DNA of 64,000 nucleotides from Gracilinanus agilis (taxonomy: Eukaryota), in assembly GCF_016433145.1 (NCBI RefSeq), contig NC_058131.1, forward strand, positions 245,736,284-245,800,283. Reading direction: 5' to 3'. The notes under the pieces were generated by a model. It had not been told where the DNA came from and made no database searches. It saw only the letters and a list, made by a program, of their open reading frames with translations. The translations under genes and the position numbers were made by a program. Position 1 is the first letter of the stretch, and each line of letters begins with the position of its first letter. Shown piece by piece: positions 52,304 to 64,000 of the stretch.

Positions 52304-53040
52304 GCCTAGCCCTTACCACTCTTTAGCCTTGGAACCAATACACAGTGTTGTATGGACTTAAAAAAGTAAATCCTGAAATATTTTATAAATGACCAAGTAA
52401 GCAATACTGAATTTGATAATATTAGCATCAAATTCATTACATTTTAAAATGGGGATATGCTTTCCTATCTGTCATATTAATTCTTTGCTTTCTTCATTTC
52501 TTCTGAAATTTTGTGATGTTATATGTAAATTATTGTCTCCCCTTTTGTTCTTTATTTCATAAACACATGCTAATTTAATAGCTTTATCACACTTTTGTCT
52601 ACTCTCCCTGCTTTTCACCTGTGTAACCCTAAACACTTTTTTACCAGAGGAGTTTACTAATGAACCCAGGTATTATTATTTAAATAGAGAAAGGAGTGGG
52701 GTGGGGGGCTGTGAAAGAAAGTGGACCTGGTTGGGAAAAAAATGTAGTAGGAAAGTAGAAAGGAAAGGAAATCTGTAGTTCTTGAATTGTTTAATGATGT
52801 TCCTTGGAAAACTTACTATAGCTTTATAAAGTCATATATTATTTGAGCTCAGTTTATTTTATCCTCAACCCATATAAAAACCCACTCAGTTCCAAGATAT
52901 ATTTGTAGCCCTGAATACATAATCAAATAGAAACTGCCTTCTCAATGTTGGCACTGCCGATTTTTATCAGATATGCTTTTATAGTTTTAATAAGTTTCGG
53001 TTAAAACACAATGTATTTCTTTTATGTATAGTAGACATTT

Positions 53041-53088
53041 GTGGTGGTGGTGGTGGTGGTGGTGGTGGTGGTGGTGGTGGGTGTGTGT
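53041..53088. repeat. (GGT)13 followed by a short (GT)n microsatellite in PARD6B intron 2
   Basis: Direct reading. Confidence 0.95.
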
Positions 53089-53334
53089 GATTCAACTTTG
53101 GCAGTATTTTCTTGACAGTATCACAGAAGAGGGCCATCTAGTGGTTTTTTTAGAATATCACGTCACTGCTACTAAATTATGAATTGAATAAAACTTACCA
53201 GTTGGTTGTGTTTAAGTTAATGACTTATAAATCCTTGTTGGCATATTACTCTGTCATAATGTTATATTATAGAGTGTGATGGCCTTTCTGTAAAGACTAA
53301 TGCTAATAATTGTTTTGTTTTTGTTTTTAAATAG

Positions 53335-54155
53335 AAGAAGCAGACTACAGTGCCTTTGGTACAGATACGCTAACAAAGAAGAAGAACGTCTTGACAAATG
53401 TATTACGTCCTGATTACCACAAAAAGAAACCAAACATAGTTATTAGCCTGCCACAAGACTTTAGACCAGTATCTTCCATTATAGATGTGGATATTCTCCC
53501 AGAAACACACCGCAGAGTTCGTCTTTACAAATATGGAACAGAAAAACCACTGGGATTCTATATCCGAGATGGCTCTAGCGTAAGAGTCACACCACATGGC
53601 CTGGAAAAAGTACCAGGGATTTTCATATCCAGGCTTGTTCCAGGTGGACTGGCTCAGAGTACTGGCTTACTAGCAGTTAATGATGAGGTTTTAGAAGTTA
53701 ATGGAATAGAAGTTTCAGGGAAAAGTCTTGATCAAGTTACAGACATGATGATTGCAAACAGCCGTAACCTGATTATAACTGTGAGACCAGCAAACCAGAG
53801 AAATAATGTTGTCAGGAATAGTCGGACTTCTGGCAGTTCAGGTCAGTCTACTGATAACAGCCTTATCAGCTGTCCTTACATTGAGACAAATTTTGATCCT
53901 AAAGATGAAGAGAGTGATGAAGAAGACATAATTATTGAAGATAATGGAATGCCTCAGCAAATACCCAAAGCAGTTCCTACTGCTGAGAGCTTAGAATCAC
54001 TAACACAAATTGAACTAAGTTTTGAGTCAGCGCAGAATGGTTTTATTCCTAACGATGGGAGTTTACCGCACACAAGTGGCACAAAGATGGAACATGAAAC
54101 ACCTGCTTCAGATCAAAAACCACTAGAAGAAGATGGGACAATTATAACATTATGA
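53335..54155 (+). CDS. PARD6B: PARD6B coding exon 3: semi-CRIB ([15 protein letters not shown]), PDZ domain and acidic tail ending EEDGTIITL-stop
   Basis: Acceptor ttttgtttttaaatag|AA GAA GCA, phase-compatible with exon 2; in frame with ORF 53391..54155. Total CDS 66+223+821=1110 nt = 369 aa plus stop. Confidence 0.98.
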
Positions 54156-56490
54156 TATTTGTTATTTGAGTGGCTTCTTAAAAGAAGGTGCCATAGAACT
54201 TTATATTTGGCTATTTAAAAGCATATGTACCTCTGTACCAGTGACATAAAGTGGAAATGCAAACAATAATGAAGCTTTGAAATGTTAAGTTTGATCTTGC
54301 TAATGTAAACACCCATCATGGATTGGAGATGAATTTGAGACTAGAATTTAAGGAGTATTTGGAAGTGAAATTCACTTCTGACATTGTAAGAATTACTATT
54401 ATAGTAAAGGGGTACATTTTTTCAGGACTGCAAAATGAATTTGATCATTTCCATTTGAAGTGGTTATATATTTAACCTGCCATGCAGAGCCCAGTAAAAT
54501 TATTTTGTATTGATGCTCTTAGCTACAATCTAATGATTCTAATGTGAAAGTTTGATTTTGCCTCTTTTGGTACCTTAAGGACCAGTTCTCTTCTCTTGGT
54601 TTACAGTATTTTATGACTTTGATTTCTTGGATTATGCTTATTTTGCTAATTGCAATGTAATGTTTTGTGTTAACTTTCAAAGAAATCAAAATAATCAGCA
54701 GCTTAAAATTTGTTTACCTTGTTTATGAAGCATAGAAGTGATTCCTAAATGCAATAAAGTTTTGTGAAAGTTATTTTAAGATGGTACTCACATATACCAT
54801 ACCTTGGGAAACTAATGACACAATTAATCCATCTAGTTATAACTTCTCATCTTATTCTCTTCTTTTTGTTTTGTGCTGATTTGGAGAGAATCTTAAGACA
54901 ATTCCTTTTTACCATTTCTCATAGGAAAATTTCTTTGTTTCTATTTGTTGTACATTTGTGCCTTTGTAATGTACTCTAATGTGAATTTTGTGTGTAAATA
55001 TGCACTTGGATTAAGAGAAGAGAACTACATACACATAGGACAAACTTATGCACTTTTACAAAGATTTTTGGTTTTCATTTAATGATATTGTTCTCTGGAT
55101 TACAGAAAGGACAAATTGTGGCAAGTGAAGTATATTTACATTAATTTTTTGAGAGGATATTTATTGCTTTAACACAGGCATCCAAATAGAACTAGTAATG
55201 CTGCTAACTTTCATTCTTTGCTTAATTTTTGGTATTTATAATTGTCATGTGCATGAACACTGTATATAGAACTTGACTATTATAAAGAAGTGCATGTTTC
55301 CTTTTAAGATTTGTGGACACTTTCCCTGAACTAATTATTTATTAATTAACTTTATGATGGGATTAGTGTGAATGCCTTTAATATGTGCTATTAAGATGAA
55401 GAATTAAACGACTCCATTTTGAAGGATTTATATATAGTAAAATTATGTGAAGAATGAAAGTATTGCTAAAATACTGAATATCTAACACAGATATCGATAT
55501 CTAACACAGGATACTTAAATATATTTTGTTTATAGTACTACTAAACTAATACTGACTGCACAGCATCATATAATAGGTTTTATACTCTAGTTCTTTTTAA
55601 ATTCACTTGGGTTCTTCCATTCATATTCCACAGTTATTTTTTTAGGCAACTTTGGAATGGAATAACAGCAAAAAAGTTAGCACATAGATTGTTCAACCTT
55701 TTTATATGTGTTAATGGTACAGGGGTTCGGGTTCAAGTTAAGCTTTTAAAATATAAACACTAGCCTTTCACACACTACCTCTTAAATTTTTTATTTTATG
55801 AAGTTAACGTCTCTAAGCTTTTTTCTTGGAAAAATTCAGGACTTTATACAGTTTTTAAACAATCCAAATTTAGTTTTTGTCGTAATATTTCCAAGTTTCC
55901 AAAACTGGAAAGTCAAAGCTGCTAGCACAACATTTTTTTGTACTAATTATCTTGTTTAAAGGATATAGGTAAACTTGATTGTCAACCAGACTTCTTTAAA
56001 TTAAGGATAGAGCAATTGGAAAATGATTTATTTTTAAGAGTATCATAAAAATTAAATTTTGTTATTACATGATAAAATGACAACTTATTGGTGGTCTAAA
56101 CAGAGATTACTTCCAAGTGCATCTTATTAATACATAGCACATTCTGAATTTAGAACTTAAGTTTTCTAAAATTATTTTTATCATATGACACTAAAAACTG
56201 AACTGTGAAATTTATGTTATGTATTGAATTTAGGACAATGTTCTCATGAGCTGTCAACAAAATAATGTACTTTTGTGAATATTATGAATTTTCTAATTAA
56301 ATTTTACATGCTATGTGATTTTTACATGAATGAGACTTGTGTAAACTATTAAATGTCAGTATTTTTACTACAACTTTAATATAAAATGTACATTGATATT
56401 TCACTAAATGAACATTGATTTTTGAGAAATCAAATTAGTTTTAGTGGTATTTTTTATAAACTATAATAAAAAAGTCACATGAACATTACT
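54156..56490 (+). other. PARD6B: PARD6B 3' UTR (putative), about 2.3 kb
   Basis: AT-rich tract with no recognisable repeats after the stop codon; AATAAA at 54753-54758 and 56465-56470. The end point is inferred from the distal signal. Confidence 0.7.
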
Positions 56491-56934
56491 TGTTTAAATT
56501 TGTGAATGAATCCAAAGTGGGTGGTAGAAAATTTTCATCTTAATTTTATCAATATTTTTGTTCTTAGGTAGCCTGTTTCTGAACATAACCTTTCCAATTC
56601 TTTATCCAACAAGCTTTCCCTTATAGCAAAGAATTTTTAAAAGAAACTTTAGCAAAACTAGCATAAATGGTTTCTGACAGAATTCCCAATAAATATTTCA
56701 CATTTATAATCCATTTCACTTTTGCAAAGAGAGAAGATACATTTTCTCCTCTCCATAGTCAAGTTTGATCAGTATTCTATTTCATTGTCTTTTGTTCTTT
56801 TCATCTTGTTCTAAATCATGTATATTTTTCTTAGTCTTACATCTGCTATGTTTTGCTATGCTTCTGAATTCTTCCTATTGTTTATGGTACCTTGAGGTTC
56901 CATTATATCAGTATGTCATAGTTTTTTCCATTTT

Positions 56935-57360
56935 TGTTTAAAAAAACAAAACAAAACAAAACCCTTGCCATCTATCCTAGAATCAATACTAAATATCAGA
57001 AGAATGGTAAGGACTAGGCAAATGGGATTTTCTTTTTCTTTTTTTTCTTTTTAGCCTTTACCTTCTGTGTATTGGTTCCTTGGTGGAAGAGTGGTAAGGG
57101 TGGGCAATGGGGGTCAAGTGACTTGCCCAGGGTCACACAGCTGGGAAGTGTCTGAGACCAGATTTGAACCTAGGACCTCCCATCTCTAGGCCTGGCTCTC
57201 AATCCACTGAGCTACCCAGCTGCCCCTGGCAAATGGGATTTAAATGACTTGCCCAAAGTCACAGCTGAGTGACAAGAGTCACAGTGGCTGAGGCAAGATT
57301 TGAACCCAAGACTTCTAATCTTCAGGCCTGGCCCTCTATCCAGTGAACCACCTAGCTACC
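56935..57360 (-). mobile_element. Older SINE containing a nested young SINE1 (57031-57227)
   Basis: Inner TSD GGCAAATGGGATTT (57017-57030, 57228-57241). Confidence 0.88.
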
Positions 57361-59162
57361 TCTGCTTGTTTTGCTATGCTTCTCTGAATTCTTCCTATTC
57401 ATGGTACCTTGAATTTCCATTATATTCATCTATCATAGTTTTTTTTTAAAGCAGATTATCAGTGGCCATTGATGGACATCATATTTTCTTTTCAGTTATT
57501 TGCTACCACAAAATATGCAGCTATGAATATAATGGTTTACCTTTTTCCCTTAGAACTCTAAGCAAATGTTTCAAAAAGAAATTTCTGGATCAAAGGGAAT
57601 AGATGTTTTAATCAACCATTTTAACAATTCCCAATACTTTGTAAAATAGTTGGATCAATTCACAGCTTCTAGGTAATGGGGAATTTTTTTATTAAATGTG
57701 TCTTGCCATTTCTGGGTTAATGTTGCTGCAAGTAATTGATTCTCACATCTATTTCAAGTGAGCTTAAAGAAAAATATATGTAGAGATTTTCTATGATAAA
57801 ATTTGAATCATAGTTCTAGGAAAATGGGGAGGAGCTAATTTGTAAGAGTTCTGATAACAGTGATAATATCGATCTGTATCTTTTTCCCCCAACTGCCCTA
57901 CCCTCTCAAATTAGGTGGTTTTGACTTATTCTATATTAAGTTTTGTAACAGTTTCACAGGTTGCATTTTTTTCTTAGTCTTATGGTCTGCTCTGTAGATA
58001 ATTCAGACGGTACAACAAACCAATACTTCTGGTAGCTCTAATGGTAGCCATATTTTTGGGCAGAGTTGGCAAATCTTCCCAGTTTGAGTTCCTGGAGGCA
58101 AATTGAAGCTCTCTGTGAGCCCCCATCACCTTAGAGCTGAGGGAAGAGTGCTTGCTGGACAGAGTGATGGAGCATGCAAAAAATGCCCTCGGGCACTGGG
58201 AAGAAGCGGGAATGGAGTAGCTCTCTGAGTGCTGGCTCTGCATGGGTGCCATGGCTTCACCAACACACTTCTAGGGCAACAGTGAAGGTCTCTAAACAAA
58301 AGACAGAAGATGAATTTCCATTAAGGGGAAAAAAAGCCAGTAGCAATTTGAGTTGTAAATTGGGAAGCTATAACCAAGAAGCATTTAGCATGACCTGGGT
58401 ACTATGTTACTTCTGATCACAAGGATAGATGAAATAAATTATATTAATTAAATAAATTATTAAATAAATTATTAGCACTAAAAGGACCAAAATTCCTCAT
58501 TAGGACCCAAGCTATGTCAACTGGCAGAGTGCATTTTCTTTTTTAAACCACACGGCAAAGCAAGTAGAGATACAATGGAAATTTTTGATAGGGAAAAGGA
58601 ATGGAATAAGTGTTTTTTAATAGGTTAAGGGAATGGAATAAGCCTTTCATGTGCCAGGCACTGTTCTAAGCACTTAAAAATATCTCTTTTGGTCCTTCTT
58701 GTTCCAGTGTTCTAAAGAATGTCATTAACACAAGTTGAGTATCAACCACATCTGTGTCTGTCTTTTGTACCAATGAGAACTTTCATATATGTATAATACA
58801 AAGTATTTTTCCTCATAAAAATGCCCCTTTGAGGCAAGTCATACTCCCCTTTTGCAACTGAGACTCGGAGCTGAAGGAACTTGGCCAAAATCAGAGCTAA
58901 GGAGAGGCTAACCACAGCTATACGAAAGTGTTATAAGTAACAACTAGGGGATACTTAACACCCTATGCTGGGTGCAGCCTTTTGGCTTATCAGTTACTTT
59001 ATTCACACTAATATTAACAAAGTTATCTTATTGGTTATTAGGCTAATTGCTTACTTGGATACTTTGTTATCCTATAATTGGTGAAACTGAATTCTCCTGA
59101 GTGATAAAACTTCCAAACTTTGCAGTGTGAGGGAGCAACTGTAGTGACATAAACAATTATGT

Positions 59163-59356
59163 GGGGGCAGCTATTGCCGGGTGGATTGAAACCAGGCCTA
59201 GAGACAAGGTCCTGGGTTCAAGTGTGGCCTCAGACACTTCTATCTGTGTGACCCTGGGTAAGTCACTTAACCATCATTGCCTAGCCCTTAGCCCTCTTCT
59301 GCCTTGGGACCCTTACACAGTATTATTTCTAAGATGGAAGGCATGGGTTATAAAAA
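59163..59356 (+). mobile_element. SINE1/Mar-type SINE
   Basis: ggggcagct...ccaggcctagagac...gtgtgaccctgggtaagtcacttaacc. Confidence 0.85.
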
Positions 59357-60396
59357 GGATTATGTGGTGGTAATGAGAAATTCATTAAATTAAAATAGAT
59401 TTCTAGAAGTCCAGAATTCCATTCTGGTTGTCTCATAATCTAGCTGGTGGTGATAGGCTGACTGTTGTCTATGAGGTATGGATAGTGATGGTGGTAAGTG
59501 TTCTACCTGTTAGCCAGAATAAGATAATTAGAGAAAGTGAAGAAAGGAAAGTGTAGGCCACTGAACAGATCTGAGAGTCCTGAGTTCATGATTCAGTTCA
59601 AATCATCTAACCCTTCACTAAAGCATGAACCCCATCTGCAACATTACAGAGGTGGCATCCAGCCTCTGCTTAACTGAAAGAGAATGAGTAGTTGGACACT
59701 GAGTTCTGTAAGCCTGGTGTTCATCATAGCAAACATAACAACTGTGCCTGAAATTGTATTAAATCTGCAATTACTTTGTAATCATTTTATTTAATCTTCA
59801 TAAAGCCCTGGGTGGTAAGGGCTATTATATTGCCATTTTACAGAAGAAGAAACAGGTAAACAGATTAAGTGACTTGCCCTGGGTCACACAGCTAGTTCTG
59901 AGGTCAAATTTGAACTTGGATCTTGTTGACTTTAGGTCCAGCATACAAATCTAGCCCAAAATCTGCTACCTTGTGACTTCCACCCATTCTCCTTAGAGCC
60001 ATACAGAGTAAGTCTAGTGTCTACTACATATCTTAAATGTTTGAAGAAGGCGATTAGCCCTGTCTTCCAAAGTTTTCTGTTGATTAAACCATTTCCAGTT
60101 CCTTTAACCGGGATTGCAAGTTCCTGCCCTGTCTTCATATAGAAAGGATTTTAAGGAAATAATTATGTTTAAGGTAACTTTGAAAATGTACCCCCCCCCA
60201 CAAGTCTGCACTGCTCCTCTAAGTTTTACAAGTTAATGCTTTCTCTCTCAAATGATTTTGTGTACATGAATCTCACAAAAGTAGCCCATAAGGTCCTTTA
60301 GAGGAAAGACTTATTTTCTTTGTATATACAATACTTTCAATATGGTAGATGCTTAATCTCACTTAAATTGAAAATTAAGATTAAATGGAAAATAGT

Positions 60397-60600
60397 AGGC
60401 AGCTGGGTAGCTCAGTGAATTGAGAGCCAGGCCTAGAGACAGGAGGTCCTAGGTTCAAATCTGGCCTCAGACATTTCACAGCTGTGTGACCCTGGGCAAG
60501 TCACTTAACCCCCATTGCCTACCCTTACCACTCTTCTGCCTTGGAGACAATACAGTATTGATTCCAAGATGGAAGGTAAGGGTTCTAGGGAGGAAAAAAA
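60397..60600 (+). mobile_element. SINE1 (followed by (TA)n at about 60632-60678 and a partial antisense SINE at about 60712-60822)
   Basis: SINE head and body; the flanking attaaatggaaaata is repeated on both sides. Confidence 0.88.
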
Positions 60601-60628
60601 GATTAAATGGAAAATAAACCATTATTGA

Positions 60629-60681
<53 letters not shown>

Positions 60682-62099
60682 AATGATTAACTATTTTTTA
60701 AAAATTAAATTTTTGTGTGACCCTGGGCAAGTCACTTAATTCTAGTTGCCCAGCCCTTACCACTCTCCTGCCTTGGAACCAATACTTAATACCAATTCTA
60801 AAACGGAAGTTAAGGCTTAAAAAAGAATGAAATGTTAATAATAACATTTTAAAAATAAGCAAAGGTCCATCCCATCTTTTTTCACTATTATTCTTTGGGT
60901 TAGTATGTTTAGCTTTGAGACATGAAATGCCCCAGTCTATGAAGCACAAGAGTTATGGGCTATTCACTAACTCACGGAATTTGAGAGCTGGAAGGGACCT
61001 CCGTGGCCATCCAATCATGAAAGAATCCCTACTACAGATATGCCATTCCTATCAGTGGCTGACAAGTGGTCTTCTAACCTCTGCTTAAGGATCTTCAAGG
61101 AAGAGGACCCTGCTACCTCATCTATGAGGGGAAATCTTTCCTGGCTTCAAGGCCAAATTTGCTTGTTTACAAGTTCTACCCATTTTTTTCTGCTTCCGGC
61201 ACTTTGGACTCCTCCATAGGGCATTGCTTCAAACATTAGAGCAGAGCTGTTAAGCTGCCCTCCCCACCCAAATCTTTTCTCTAGGCTAAATGATGTGAAC
61301 TCAAGGTTCTCCTTCCTTTCCCCACCACCCCAAACTTTCACTGTATTTACCATTCAATAAAATTTCAGTAGCTCCCTATTACTTTCGGGATCAAATATAA
61401 AATCCTTTTAGGCTTTTAAGGCCTTTCATAATGTAGCTCTTTGACTACCTTATTAGTCTAATTACAACTTACACCCCTCTGCATACTCCTTGCTCTTCCT
61501 CAAGGGTGGCACTCCCCCTCCTGATCCTGGTTGTCCCCCATTCCTGGAACTCTCTCCTTTCCTCCTCATCTATGCTTCCTGGCTTCCTTCAAGTCTCAGC
61601 TAATGTCCTTACCTCCAAATAAAGCTTTTCCTAGTCCTTAAACTTAGTGACCTCTCTTAGATTATCTCTAATTTATCCTGTATCTAAACCTTGTCTGGCC
61701 GGGGTTGTTTACATGTGACCTCTCCCATTAGACTGAGCCCTTTGAAAGGAAGGACTATTTCCTCCCTTACTAATATCCCTGGCGCTTACTTTGCCCAGTG
61801 CTTGGCATACAGGATGCACTTAATAAATGCTTGTGGCCTGGCAGTGACTGAATCTTGGCTGCCTACTTCTGGACATGACCACTAGAGAGTTTAAAAAAAT
61901 AAATAAAAATAAAACGACCCTTTCTTTCTGTGTTAGTAACAACTCTGTCAGAAGGACAAGGGCCAGGCTATCGAAGATACATGACTTGTCCAGGATCACA
62001 CAGCTAGGGATTATCAGGACAGACTTGAACCCAGGACCTTCCAATTTTAGCCCTGGTGCTCAATCCATTGAACCATCTAGCTGACCTTCATAGAGCCTT

Positions 62100-62715
62100 T
62101 CTTATACCGTGCAGCTCAGAACTCAAGACCATACTCAAGATGAATTCTGATGAGGTCAGAGTACAAGATGGTTATCACTTCCCTATTCCTAGAGGCTAAG
62201 CTTCTCCTAATGCAGCCCAAGATTGCTTTAGCATTTTTGGCTGCCACTTTGCAGTGTCAACTCGTTCATTAAAACCCGTAGATCCTTTTTTTTTAATTCC
62301 TCTTTTTTTTTTTTTTTTTGACCTTTACCTTCCGTCTTGGAATTTGTATTGGTTCTAAGGCAGAAGAGTGGTAAGGGTGGGCAATGGGGGTCAAGTGACT
62401 TGCCCAGGGTCACACAGCTGGGAAGTGTCTGAGGTCAGATTTGAACCCAGGACCTCCCATCTCTAGGCCTGGCTCTCAATCCACTGAGCCACCCAGCTGC
62501 CCCCTTTTCTGAGTAACTACTGCCTCTCCATGCCTCCCCATCTTGTCTTTGTTCCCTTTGTTCCCCATGCCAGACTTTACATATCTTCCTATTAAATTTC
62601 ACCTTATTAGATTCAGCCCAATGCCGTAGCCTGTCAGGATCCTTTTGGATTCTAGCTGTCATTCCATGTGTTAGATATTCCCCATATCTCTATATCATCT
62701 GCAAATCTGATGAGC
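62100..62715 (-). mobile_element. L3/CR1 relic interrupted by a young antisense SINE1 (about 62290-62503)
   Basis: Motifs cctaatgcagcccaagattgctttagcatttttggctgccac and cctattaaatttcaccttattagattcagccca; a SINE body lies in between. Confidence 0.75.
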
Positions 62716-63564
62716 ACCCCATCTCTATCCAAAGGAAAATGGATAGGTGCAGGGTGGGTTTGAAAAGGACATACAGTACAAAAAAGGAGGAAAACTTAAT
62801 AAAGGGTATCAGAGAAATGGGTAGCAGGAGGACAAGATGAGCCAGTTTGGCAGGAAGAGTGAAGGGTGACTGGTGGACTGTTCTTGTAGTCCCCTGCTCC
62901 ATATTTGATGTCCAGAGATCTAGAGGAAGGAGTCCAGACTATCATAGAAGATTATGGGCAACACAAGGACAGAGTCCCATAAAATGGGCAGGCAAAAAAA
63001 AAAAAGGATCTGCCCTATTGAAAAGAGCATTTATCATGATGAAATCACTGGCCAAGTTATGAAGGAACATCTTATCTGCTTCTGCTTTCTTTCCTCACAT
63101 CTTCATGTCCCTCTCAGATTTTCTATCTTTTATTTATGTGTCAGTGTTTACATTTGGGTTCTGACGTCTTTACTTTGCCTTACTTTACACAAATCTTTGT
63201 CATTTGTGTGGCACATTAATATTTCATTGCATTGATGGAATACCCCTTTCTGGAGTGGAACCAGACCTGGCCAGGAAGACCTGGTTTCAAGAAGAGGAAA
63301 GAAGACATCTATTGCTGACTGGTACTGTCTGGGTTACTAAAGCAACTCTCTAAGACTGTATTTGCAAAAAAAGAAGAGAACCCACCTGCCTCAGCTAAGG
63401 TATCTGCCTCATCTGAGAATTCTGTATAGTAATGAAGTCACAGGCCCAGTCCCTAACACTAACTCTATAATGATATGTCACTATTTGGCCATTCCCCATC
63501 ATTTGGTCTATGTATTACTTCCAATTTTTGCTTGTTATAAATAAAGCTGCTACGATTCTGTTAA

Positions 63565-63692
63565 GGGCTGGGCAGTGGGAGTTAAATGACTTGCCCAGGG
63601 TCACACAGCTAGGAAGTGTCTGAGGTCAGATTTGAACCCAGAAACTCTCATCTCTATGCCTGGCTCTCCATCCAATGAGCCGCCTAACCACC
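63565..63692 (-). mobile_element. Partial SINE
   Basis: gacttgcccagggtcacacagctaggaagtgtctgaggtcagatttgaaccc. Confidence 0.8.
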
Positions 63693-64000
63693 TTTCTGCT
63701 ACAGCTTTTTAACAATTGAACTCTTTTAATAAAATTCTTAGAATATAGTTCTAGTAATGAGTTCATTGGGTATAAGGTCAGGATTGGTTTTGAATCTCTT
63801 ACTGTATGTTGCTTAGGAGGCAGTAGAATATTATAGGAAAAGTGCAACATATAAAGTCAGGAAGATGAGTTCAAATCTTGCTTCTGACATCTGCCAGCTA
63901 TATGACCTATGGTAGCTCACTTTACCTTCCTGAGCCTCAGGTGATTCTCTAAGACTTCTCTATAATAATAATATTGATAACAACTACAACAATAATAATT

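Noticed and set aside
53391-54155. 254-aa ORF starting at TTG treated as a standalone gene
   Set aside because: It is the internal part of PARD6B exon 3; the real boundary is the AG acceptor at 53334/53335.
11812-63692. tRNA-like heads (gtagctcagtgg...ggttcaaatc) at many positions
   Set aside because: These are the A/B boxes of tRNA-derived CORE-SINEs, not tRNA genes. The dispersed repeats are not CRISPR arrays.
54156-64000. BCAS4 or another downstream neighbour gene
   Set aside because: No CpG island or recognisable exon is present in the remaining sequence; it probably lies beyond the window.

Overview
Marsupial genomic DNA, most likely opossum (Didelphidae): it is dense in SINE1_Mdo/Mar1-type CORE-SINEs, opossum-type L1 3' ends, L2/L3/MIR relics and hAT MITEs. 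One complete protein-coding gene is present: PARD6B on the + strand, with 3 coding exons (36333-36398, 44734-44956, 53335-54155; 1110 nt, 369 aa), a CpG-island promoter and an approximately 2.3-kb repeat-free 3' UTR. A second CpG-rich element near 3.3-3.9 kb looks like a divergently transcribed first exon that contributes only ATG; by remembered human synteny it is probably RIPOR3/FAM65C. There are three assembly gaps (11956-12159, a single N at 30125, 51754-52133). I see no evidence of a new multi-gene system. The most notable oddities are: a 402-bp apparently perfect inverted duplication that starts inside inverted L2-like relics and stops at the lone N; two hAT MITEs inserted at the same GCCTAGCC site of SINEs; an approximately 86-bp direct duplication flanking a SINE; a candidate solo LTR with a 6-bp TSD; and a polypyrimidine tandem repeat. 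Repeat family names are from recall and need RepeatMasker/Dfam confirmation.
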